From Candidatus Aminicenantes bacterium (lineage in GTDB: Bacteria > Acidobacteriota > Aminicenantia > Aminicenantales > Saccharicenantaceae): DNA of 64,000 nt. Shown piece after piece: positions 56,016-64,000 of the stretch. The notes under the pieces are model-generated. The model searched no databases. It worked only from the letters and a program-made list of their open reading frames with translations, and was not told the origin of the DNA. Position numbers and translations under genes: made by a program. The DNA is taken from contig CAVQXL010000004.1 in the NCBI GenBank assembly GCA_963717865.1, positions 1,570,006 to 1,634,005 on the forward strand. Reading direction: 5' to 3'. Within the stretch, counting starts at the first letter, position 1. The number at the start of each line of letters is the position of its first letter.

Positions 56016-56635
56016 AACACGTAGCCGAAGAGGAAGGACAACGCGCCGTTCCGGATGTCGTCGTCGGCTTCCTTGGACAGGGTCGTCAATCCGGCCGTGT
56101 AGCGCACGTCGAACGTGATCCATCCCCCGCGGATGGGGACCTCGATCCCGGCGCCGGCGGCCAGGCCGACATCCACACCCATGATGTTGTCCAACGTCTC
56201 CTGTTGGGACTCGCCGGCGAAGCTGGCGTCGACTCGGGCGCGGATGTTCAGGGCGGGCGCCGGGCCGGCGAATACGTGGGTCCGGAAGCTCCGTGAGAGC
56301 GGGAGATAGACCTTGGCGAGGATGGGCAGCTCAACGTATTCGAGGCTCATAGTCTCGCGGTAGGCTTCCAAGCCCGTTCCGTTGACGTACTTCGAGCCCT
56401 TCATCACGAAGAGCAGCTCCGGCTGGATGGCGAACGTGCGGCCGAATCCATAGGTCATGAAGATCCCGTAGCTGAACCCCGCCCGGAACTTCTGGTCGTA
56501 GACGTCCTTTCCGAAGACGTTGGACACGGCGGTCCCGGCCTTGACGCCGAATCCCGTGACCTCGGAGCGGGCGGTGGCCGGCCCGAGCGCAAGGAGCGAC
56601 CCGAACACTAATAGCGCCGCAAGCGTCTTTCTCAT
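56012..56635 (-). CDS. Outer-membrane beta-barrel (PorT/OmpA-like)
   Basis: Signal peptide; GVKAG, IQPELLF..KG, YVELPILAK, DVRYT.GL; C-terminal Phe. Confidence 0.78.
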   Translation of the reverse strand: MRKTLAALLVFGSLLALGPATARSEVTGFGVKAGTAVSNVFGKDVYDQKFRAGFSYGIFMTYGFGRTFAIQPELLFVMKGSKYVNGTGLEAYRETMSLEYVELPILAKVYLPLSRSFRTHVFAGPAPALNIRARVDASFAGESQQETLDNIMGVDVGLAAGAGIEVPIRGGWITFDVRYTAGLTTLSKEADDDIRNGALSFLFGYVF

Positions 56636-56661
56636 CCCAGGATCTCCTTTCTCCGGCCGGC

Positions 56662-57912
56662 TCAGTCGGCGACGACGGCCCGGTTCCCTCCGAGCTCCTT
56701 GGCCCTGTACATGGCCTTGTCGGCCCGCGCCAGGACCTCCGCGGGGATCTCGTGCTCCCGGATCAAGGCCAGGCCGATGCTGAGGCTGAGACGCGAGTCT
56801 CCCATCTCAGGGATGAAGGCTCGGCCCGCCACGGATTCGCAGAGCCTCTGGGCGAACTTCTCGGCCTCGAGGAGATCGATGTCCTCGAGCAGGACCGCGA
56901 ACTCATCGCCGCCCAGCCGCGTCAGGAGGTCGCTCGTGCGCATGAGCTTGCGGAGCAGAACGCCCAGCTCCACGAGGACTTGGTCGCCCGCGCTATGGCC
57001 CCAGCGGTCATTGACGTCCTTGAAGCGGTCGAGATCGAGGGCGAGGATCGTGCTGTCGACGCCGCGTTCCGCTCGGGAGATGGCTCGGGGCAGGTCGGCC
57101 TCGATCACGCGCCTGTTGGGCAAGCCCGTCAGCTGGTCGTGCGTGGCCTGATAGAACAGGTCCTGCTCATGGGTCTTCCTCTCGGTGATATCGTAGCAGG
57201 AGCCGAGGAACCCGGCGAACTCCCCCTCCAGGTCGTTGAAAGGCCGGCCCACGTTCAGCATCCAACGGAACCGGCCGTCGTGCCGGCGGATCCGGAATTC
57301 CATCTCGAAGGGACTTCGCGCCTTGAGGGCCCCGGCATAAACGTCATGGAACCTCGGGAGGTCGTCGGGGTGCACCCCCTGCGTCCAGCCCTCGCCGACC
57401 TCCTCTTCCACCCTCCTCCCGGTGAACTGGAGCCAGGCCCGGTTGAAGTAATCGAACCGGCCCTGAGGCCCGGCCCTCCAGATGAGGGTCGGGAACTCTT
57501 CGAAGAGTGTCAGGTAGAAATCCCGGGCCCGGGCGACGGCCCGCTCCGCCAGCTTCAGATAGGAGATGTCGTTGAAGAGGACGATCGTCCCGACGAACTT
57601 CTCGTAGAGGTCGAGCATCCGCTTGAGCTTGATCTGGAAGTGGATGAGGCCTCTCCGGGTCTCGACGTCCTGTTCGAAGCTCGTTTCGAGCTCTTCGCCC
57701 GTCACGAACGCATCCAGGTTCTCCCGGATCCAGGGCAGGACGTCGTCGAGCCGGATCCTGCCGTAATAGCCGACTCCCGTCGGCAGGAGCTCGCGGAACA
57801 GCTCGAAGGCGACGTTGTTGATGTTGTCGACCCTGTTCTCGACGTCGAGGATAAAGGCGGGATTGGGGATGACCTCGAAGATCGTCAGGTACTTGTCGCG
57901 TTCCAGGCTCAT
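56662..57912 (-). CDS. PAS-PAS-GGDEF diguanylate cyclase
   Basis: VHPDD PAS, DQLTGLPNRR, DLDRFKDVND..GH, RTSD I-site, GGDEF. Confidence 0.9.
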   Translation of the reverse strand: MSLERDKYLTIFEVIPNPAFILDVENRVDNINNVAFELFRELLPTGVGYYGRIRLDDVLPWIRENLDAFVTGEELETSFEQDVETRRGLIHFQIKLKRMLDLYEKFVGTIVLFNDISYLKLAERAVARARDFYLTLFEEFPTLIWRAGPQGRFDYFNRAWLQFTGRRVEEEVGEGWTQGVHPDDLPRFHDVYAGALKARSPFEMEFRIRRHDGRFRWMLNVGRPFNDLEGEFAGFLGSCYDITERKTHEQDLFYQATHDQLTGLPNRRVIEADLPRAISRAERGVDSTILALDLDRFKDVNDRWGHSAGDQVLVELGVLLRKLMRTSDLLTRLGGDEFAVLLEDIDLLEAEKFAQRLCESVAGRAFIPEMGDSRLSLSIGLALIREHEIPAEVLARADKAMYRAKELGGNRAVVAD

Positions 57913-58242
57913 GTAGAGAATCTATAGCTCATTCGGCTCGCGCCGTCAATCGTTCCCGGGGACAAAGGACTGCGGGGATCGCAGGCCTTCCGCGGTCGCT
58001 CCGGGAAGACACGCTGCGCCTTCCCATTCCAAAGGCTCGGGAAGACCATCCCTTTTCCGAGGTATTGACTGACCTGTTTTCGGTCATTTATCTGATATCT
58101 GTTTAATATATTTAATATCAACTACTTCCGTTGCTTTGAAGTTCATATATGTCCCATATTTAAACATTTATACATTTAGCAAAGCGCGCCAAAACATATG
58201 TTATATCATTATTATTCTGTAACTTAGATGTATTTCAAGGGA

Positions 58243-58259
58243 TTGGCCCCTCTCTTGCA
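58243..58259 (+). promoter_or_regulatory. Sigma54 -24/-12 promoter
   Basis: TTGGCCCCTCTCTTGCA with exact GG-N10-GC spacing, at the end of an AT-rich tract; IHF-like TATCAA-N4-TTC at 58116-58128. Confidence 0.7.
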
Positions 58260-58273
58260 TAAATATGGGCGTT

Positions 58274-58492
58274 ATGGAAGAGAAACTCATGAGGAGCTAC
58301 CTGGACTGCTATCTCGAAGCGGCGAGGGAAAAGCCCGAGCTTCCGACGCTCCGGGACCTCGAGAGGGATTATATCGTCTATCTCCTCGAGATCACCGACC
58401 ACAACGTCACCCTGGTCTCCAGGATCCTGGACATCTCCCGGACGGCCGTCTACCAGAAGATCACCCGCTACAATATCGTGAAGCCCAACTGA
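58274..58492 (+). CDS. Stand-alone Fis-type HTH protein
   Basis: TLRDLERDYIVYLL....NVT.VSRILDISRTAVYQKI. Confidence 0.75.
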   Translation: MEEKLMRSYLDCYLEAAREKPELPTLRDLERDYIVYLLEITDHNVTLVSRILDISRTAVYQKITRYNIVKPN

Positions 58493-58496
58493 GCCC

Positions 58497-59579
58497 TCAG
58501 CCTCTCGTCGTTTCGAGGATCTTCCGGAGACTTGCCAACCCGCGTTCGAGCAATTCCTTCGGGACCCCGAATCCGAGCCGGAAGCTCCGGGGCTCTTCGA
58601 AGAACCGCCCCGGAACGACCCCCGTTCCCTCCTCGTCGAGCAGCCGGCGGACCAGCTCGCCGGCGTCCCCGACCCCGCGCAGCCTAGGAAAGGCGATGAT
58701 CCCCGGGGCAGGCTCGACCCATTCCAGCCTCTCCTGTTTTCCCATGAACTCCCGCACGGTCCGGAAGTTCGCTCCGACGAGCGGCCGAAACGCCGCTTTC
58801 ATATCGTCAAGTCCGGTGAACAGCCGCGCGGCGACCTGTTCCCCGATGAAGACCTGTTCCACGAACAGGTGGTCCATGAGCTTCCGGAGCGTCGATACGA
58901 GCCCGGGCCGGGCGAGGACCCAGCCGCAGCGGAGCCCGCTCAAGCCGAAGACCTTGGTCAGGCTTGACGTGACCGCGATGTTGGGAGCCACCCCGAACGA
59001 GGTCCGGGCCGCGGCCCCCTCCAGGAATTCCAGGTAAATTTCGTCGATGAGGAGCGTCGCCCCCCTGTCCGCGGCGATCGCCGCCAGGGCGCCGATCTCT
59101 TCGCGGGAGAGGGCGACCCCGCTGGGGTTGTGCGGGTTCGTCATCAGCACGAGCTTCGTCCCCGGGCCGAGCGCGGACCGGAATTCATCGGGATCGACGC
59201 GGTAGCCGTTCTCGAATCTCCGCTCGAACCGCCGGACCTCCGCCCCGAGCAGGCGGGGGACGGCCAGGAGTGGCTCATAGGCCGGCTTTTCGGCCAGGAC
59301 CGCGTCTCCGGCGCCGACAAGGGCCGCGCAGACCGAGAAGACACCCTGGGAGGCTCCGAGAGTCGGGCAGACGCTGCCGACGTCCGCGCCGTGCCTGGCC
59401 GCGACAGCTTCGAGGAGGGGCGGATAGCCGTAAGGATGTTCCCCGTTGAGGGCGAGTTCGTCCCAGGCGATCCCCAGGTCCGCCAGGGGCGGCCCGGCGA
59501 GTCCGCTCAGGCATAGGTTGACAGCGGCGGCGGGCCGGGCCTTGGCCCATTCGAGGTAGGCGACGGATCGGATGTTCAT
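58497..59579 (-). CDS. PLP-dependent aminotransferase class I/II
   Basis: TNPHNPSG, DEIY, SSLTKVFGLSGLRCGW. Confidence 0.88.
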   Translation of the reverse strand: MNIRSVAYLEWAKARPAAAVNLCLSGLAGPPLADLGIAWDELALNGEHPYGYPPLLEAVAARHGADVGSVCPTLGASQGVFSVCAALVGAGDAVLAEKPAYEPLLAVPRLLGAEVRRFERRFENGYRVDPDEFRSALGPGTKLVLMTNPHNPSGVALSREEIGALAAIAADRGATLLIDEIYLEFLEGAAARTSFGVAPNIAVTSSLTKVFGLSGLRCGWVLARPGLVSTLRKLMDHLFVEQVFIGEQVAARLFTGLDDMKAAFRPLVGANFRTVREFMGKQERLEWVEPAPGIIAFPRLRGVGDAGELVRRLLDEEGTGVVPGRFFEEPRSFRLGFGVPKELLERGLASLRKILETTRG

Positions 59580-59611
59580 GGGCGTTATTGTGGACCGGAT
59601 CGTCTTGGAAA

Positions 59612-59730
59612 ATCAACCCGATCGACTCCCCGTTCAGGAGCCCGGGGTATGCGCTCGGTTGATACCGAGCGGCGCTCTTGACCCCCTATTTTAAAAATTG
59701 GGGCTTGGCGCCGGCGAACGCATCAACCCG
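59612..59730. repeat. Short palindromic intergenic element bounded by a 9-bp direct repeat
   Basis: ATCAACCCG at 59612 and 59722; internal hairpins CGCTCGGT/ACCGAGCG and CCCC..GGGG. Confidence 0.45.
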
Positions 59731-59819
59731 GAGGCGCCCGACGGCTTCCTTTTCCTTGAACTTTTCGTTAGAATGAGGGTGTTCCAGGAATGAAACCGCT
59801 TGACCCTTAGGGAGGAACC

Positions 59820-60554
59820 ATGAAAAGAACGCTCGTCGGAGTGCTGGCGGGGGCCATCGTCATCTCCTCGCTTCCCGTCATGGGATTCGGCCAGGAGGCC
59901 GGAGATATCATGAACCGGATGATCGAGGCCCAAGGCGGCCGGAAGGTCCTCGAAGCCCTCAAGGATACGACCATATCGGGCACGATGGAGCTCATCCAGC
60001 AGGGTATGAACGCCACGATGACCATGTATCAGAAGGAGCCCAACCTGATGCGCATGGACATCGAGATCATGGGCATGGTCATCACCCAGGCCTTCGACGG
60101 CCAGAAGGGCTGGTTCCTCAATCCCCAGACCGGAGCGGCCCAGGACATGGACGAGAACATGAACAAGGAGTTCAAGCGCCAGGCCCTGGGAAACGACAGC
60201 CTCCTCAATCCGGCGAAATACGGGATCTCCTATGCCTTTAAGGGCAAGGAAAAGGTCGGCGACAAGGAATGCCTGGTCCTCGAGCAGACCATGTCGGACG
60301 GCCACAAGAGCACGCTCTACCTCGACCCGGACACCTATCTCATGGCCCGGAGCAAGACGACGAGCCTGTCCCAGATGGGCGGCGGCGAGGTCCTGTCCGA
60401 GACGATCTTCGGAGACTACAGCAAGGAAGGCGACGTCCTGGTGGCCCATTCGATGACGATCATGCAGGACGGCGCCGAGTTCGCCCGGATGACCCTGACG
60501 AAGGTCACGTACAATTCGGGCCTCGAGGATTCTCTGTTCCAGATGACCAAGTGA
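59820..60554 (+). CDS. Secreted LolA-like / outer-membrane lipoprotein-sorting family protein
   Basis: Signal peptide; IEAQGG, Q.FDG.KGW, FGDY...G...AHS, N.GLEDSLF. Confidence 0.65.
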   Translation: MKRTLVGVLAGAIVISSLPVMGFGQEAGDIMNRMIEAQGGRKVLEALKDTTISGTMELIQQGMNATMTMYQKEPNLMRMDIEIMGMVITQAFDGQKGWFLNPQTGAAQDMDENMNKEFKRQALGNDSLLNPAKYGISYAFKGKEKVGDKECLVLEQTMSDGHKSTLYLDPDTYLMARSKTTSLSQMGGGEVLSETIFGDYSKEGDVLVAHSMTIMQDGAEFARMTLTKVTYNSGLEDSLFQMTK

Positions 60555-60567
60555 CGCTGAGGATCCC

Positions 60568-62005
60568 ATGACGAGGAGCCGGGGGGCCGCGGCCGGCCTG
60601 ATCGCGGCCTGCCTGTTCGCGGCGTCCTGCGCCGTCAATCCGGTCTCGGGAAAGAAGGAGCTGAGCTTCTATTCCGAACAGCAGGAGCTCGCCCTCGGCC
60701 AACGGACCGACGTCGAGGTCCGGGACCAGTACGGCGCCTATGTCGACGCGCGGCTCACGGCCTACGTCGCGGCGGCCGGCAAGACGATCGCCGCGGGGAC
60801 GCACCGGCCCAACCTGCCCTATCACTTCGCCGTCCTCGACAGCCCCGTCATCAACGCCTTCGCCGTCCCGGGCGGATACGTCTATCTCACCCGCGGCATC
60901 CTCGCCCTGATGAGCTCGGAAGCCGAGATGGCCGTCGTCCTGGGCCACGAGCTCGGCCACGTCAATGCCCGTCACAGCGTGCGGAAGATGAGCCAGATGA
61001 TCCTCATCCAGGTGGGCTTGGCCGTCGGCAGCGCCCTCAGCGACACGTTCGCCAAGATCTCGGGCGTCGCCGGGATCGGCGTCCAGCTCCTCTTCCTGAA
61101 GTTCAGCCGGGACGACGAGCGCGAGGCCGACCGCCTGGGCGTCGAGTATTCGCGGAAGGCGGGCTACGACCCCTCGCGGATGGTCGATTTCTTCACGTCC
61201 CTCCAGAAGATGGGTGACCTCTCCGGCAAGGGCTACTCCCTTCCGGGGTTCCTCTCGACCCACCCGTTGACGACCGAGCGGATCCGCAACGTCGGCGGCC
61301 TGCTCCTCGCTTCGGACCGCAAGCTCCTCGAACGGGACGCCGAGTACGCCGGCAGGATCGACGGCCTCGTCTACGGCGACGATCCGCGCCAGGGCTTCGT
61401 CGAAGGCCGCGCCTTCTATCATCCGGGCCTGAGATTCCAGTGCGCCTTCCCCGAGGGCTGGAAGGTCCAGAACACGCCCACCCAGGTCACCCTGGCTTCC
61501 CCGAACGACGACGCGGCGTCGTCCTCGGCGCCGAAAAGACCTCCGAGGACCTCGAGTCCTACGCCAAAAAGAAGGCGGCCGCCCTCGAAGGCGGGACCTT
61601 CGTCAACGAGCAGGCCGGGTCCGTCCACGGCATTCTCCTGCCTCCACCGGACCTATGACGTCGCCCAGCCCCAAAAGGAGGCCCTGCGCGTCCGGTACTC
61701 GTTCATCCGGAAGGGGGACTCCGATCTTCGCCTTCGCGGCCCTGGCCACGGCCTCCGGTTTCGGCGGGCGCGACGGGGACTTCCGCCGGGTCGTCGATTC
61801 CTTCCAGGAGCTCCGGGACCCCGCCCGTCTGAACCGGCAGCCCCGCCGCATCCGGGTCGTCCCGGCCGACGGGACGCGGAGCCTCCGGGCGATCTTCGAA
61901 GGGGCGGGGATGGATAAGGAGCTGTGGCCCCGGTTCGCGGTGATGAACGGGCTCGCCGCCGACGCCGTGCCGCCCCGGGGGCGGCCGGTCAAGATCGTCC
62001 GCTGA
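60568..62005 (+). CDS. M48 zinc metalloprotease lipoprotein with a C-terminal extension, frameshifted
   Basis: Lipobox AASC; INAFAVPGG, HELGH, FSRDDEREAD, LSTHP. Confidence 0.85.
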
Positions 62006-62011
62006 CCGGCG

Positions 62012-62931
62012 TCAGGCCCGCGGCTCGCGGATGACGTCGTAGGCCAGCCGCAGGGCCCGCAGGCCCTCCTCGCCGCTGACCTTGGTCATCTTTCCCGTGC
62101 CGACGCAGTCCAGGAAGTTCTTCAGCTCCTTCTTGAGGGGCTCCTCCTTCTGGATCTTCAGCGTCTTGATGTCGGTCTGGCGGCCGTCGAGGGGGAAGAC
62201 CTTGACCTCCTGGTCGATGTAGTCGATCGAATAATAGGACGGTCGGCTCGAAGATGCGGAGCTTCCGGACCTTGCCCTGATGGACGCGGCTGGCCGTGAG
62301 GGTGGCGACGCAGCCGGACCTGAACTCCAGCCGGGCGTTGGCGATGTCGGTCTTTTCGGAGACGACGTGGATGCCCGAGGACTTGATGGCCACGACCTCG
62401 TCCTTGATCAGGGCCAGGATGATGTCCAGGTCGTGGATCATGAGGTCGAGGACGACGTCGATGTCGAGCGACCGGGCCGAGAACGACCCCAGCCTCTGGA
62501 CCTCGATGAACCGCGGGTCGGAGATCATGTTCTCGACGGCTTCCACCGCCGGGATTGAACCGCTCCAGGTGGCCGACCTGGAGGATGAGGCCGTTCTTCG
62601 TCGCCAGCTCCAGCGAGCTGCTCCCCCTGCTCGACGGTCTCGGTGATGGGCTTTTCGACCAGGACGTGCTTGCCGTGCCGGAGGAGGTTCTCGGAGACCT
62701 GTGAAATGGGCGGATGTGTCGGTGGCCACGACGGCCGCGTCGATCTCGTCGATCATGTCCTCGTAGTTCTCGAAATACCGGACGCCGTGGCGGTTCCCGA
62801 TCTGCGAGGGCCTTCTGGAAATCGATGTCGGCCACCGCCTGGAGGTCGGCTTCTTCGAGGTAGGACAGGATCCGGGCGTGCTGGGTGCCCAGGTAGCCGA
62901 CGCCGACGATGCCCACTCTGATGCTGTTCAT
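62012..62931 (-). CDS. Gfo/Idh/MocA oxidoreductase, GnnA-like, frameshifted
   Basis: GVGYLG..HAR, VEKPI, VGHLERFNP, DVVLDLMIHDLD, D.ANARL.F..GC.A..TASR; follows lpxI. Confidence 0.8.
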
Positions 62932-63769
62932 TCTCCGCTCCTTGGCTCCAGCCGCTTCCCGGGCGAGCCCGTCGCCACGAGGGCGATGCCGTGCTCGTCC
63001 GCCGGGCGACGGATTCGTCCTTCCGGAAGAGGACCACCTTCCCGGCCTCGAAAGCGAAGGCCGCCGCCCGCGCTTCGACGAGGCTCCGAACCGTTCGCAG
63101 GCCGACTCCCGGGAGGTCGATCCTCGGGTCCTGATCCGTCCGGGCGACCTTGACCACGACCGTCCCGGGCCCGGCCAGATCGCCCGCCCTGAGGATGGTC
63201 AGATCGGTCCCCTCGATGCCCTCGAGGGCGACGACCTGGCCGTTCTTGACGACGACGGTCTGGCCGACGTCCAGGTCGGCCAGGGCCCGGGCGACCGCGA
63301 AACCGCGCTCGATATCCGCCAGGACGGCCGGCGACGGCCGCGTCCGAGTCAGGACCCCGGGCGGGAAGAACCGGTCCGCGAGGAAGGGAGAGGGGTCCAG
63401 GACGCGGATCCCCTGCCCCTCGAAGAACGCGATCAGGCTCCCGATCAGCCGGGACGGGCTCCCCCCCCCGGCCGTCTCGAGGACGCGGCGGGCGGCGGAG
63501 TCGAGAGCCCCGGGGCGGAGCACGGACTCCGGACGGACCTTGCCCGCGATGAGGACCTCCGCGATCCCCCGGCCCTTCAGGAAGGCGAGAAGGCCGCCGA
63601 GGTCTCCGGGTCCGAACCAGGCGGCGTCGGGGACCTCGTCCCCGAGGGCGTCCTCGGCCTCGCCGCGGACCGCCGCCACGACCGTTTCGAGGCCCCGCCG
63701 ACGCGCTTCAGCGACGGCGAGGAGGGGAAATTCCCCGGAGCCGGCGATTATTCCGATTCGCTGTCCCAT
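62928..63769 (-). CDS. lpxI: UDP-2,3-diacylglucosamine diphosphatase LpxI family
   Basis: IGIIAGSGEFP, DVGQTVVV, EGIEGTD.TI.R, QDPRIDLP.VG. Confidence 0.88.
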
Positions 63770-64000
63770 TTCTCGGACGCCTTCTTGATGATCCCCCGGC
63801 GTGGACGACCGGATGAAGCCGAGGAGCTCGTCCCGGTCCTCCCCGGGGGGGAAGGTCGCCTCGATCCTTTCGAGCGCCTGGGTCGTGTTGAGGTCGGCAA
63901 TAGAACAGGATCTTGATCATGTCCCGCAGGGCGCGGACCCGCTCCGCGGAGAACCCCCGGCGCCTCAGCCCGACGCTGTTCAGGCCGAAGATCCTGACCG
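63748..64000 (-). CDS. lpxA: UDP-GlcNAc acyltransferase, C-terminal part, truncated by the window edge
   Basis: GLNSVGLRRRGFS.E...L....KILF...FI..S.RGI, directly upstream of lpxI. Confidence 0.8.
   Translation of the reverse strand, partial: GQDLRPEQRRAEAPGVLRGAGPRPAGHDQDPVLLPTSTRPRRSKGSRRPSPPGRTGTSSSASSGRPRRGIIKKASEKWDSESE

Noticed and set aside
58080-58240. AT-rich tract as replication origin or dif site
   Set aside because: No DnaA boxes (TTATCCACA) and only a weak match to a XerD arm; better explained as a sigma54 upstream/IHF region.

Overview
A GC-rich bacterial chromosomal segment made up mostly of core and housekeeping genes. The gene set (LPS, tungsten enzymes, ECF/sigma54 regulation, secreted peptidases) fits an anaerobic diderm; an Aminicenantia/Acidobacteriota-like origin is an inference only. 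Many genes carry single-base frameshifts, including the essential secA and lpxA, so these are treated as long-read assembly errors and the genes are reported as joined spans. In order, the window holds: a low-GC stretch next to tRNA-Leu(CAA); an ADP-heptose/LPS operon ending in an ICMT-family methyltransferase; trmH; two divergent ECF sigma operons, one with an HtrA homologue that has an altered catalytic triad; an MBL hydrolase; an orphan protein; a lipoate ligase; tRNA-Gly(CCC); a serine hydrolase; bactofilin; CsgG-like; uvrBC; feoAB; a sulfatase-like protein with alr; secA-guaB; panBCD; a KimA-like transporter; a ~12 kb tungsten locus (FOR-like oxidoreductase, MoaD, aldehyde dehydrogenase, MobB-ThiF fusion, mog/MOSC/moaC/moaA/moeA, tupABC under a Moco/Tuco riboswitch); a giant M14 peptidase; a sigma54 activator, diguanylate cyclase and stand-alone HTH module; an aminotransferase; an M48 protease; and gnnA-lpxI-lpxA. 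The best leads are: an apparently MoaE-less tungsten cofactor pathway with a MobB-ThiF fusion serving an archaeal-type FOR; a possible Leptospira-like lipid A chemistry; a sigma54-driven stand-alone copy of an activator's DNA-binding domain; and recurrent leaderless gene architecture.
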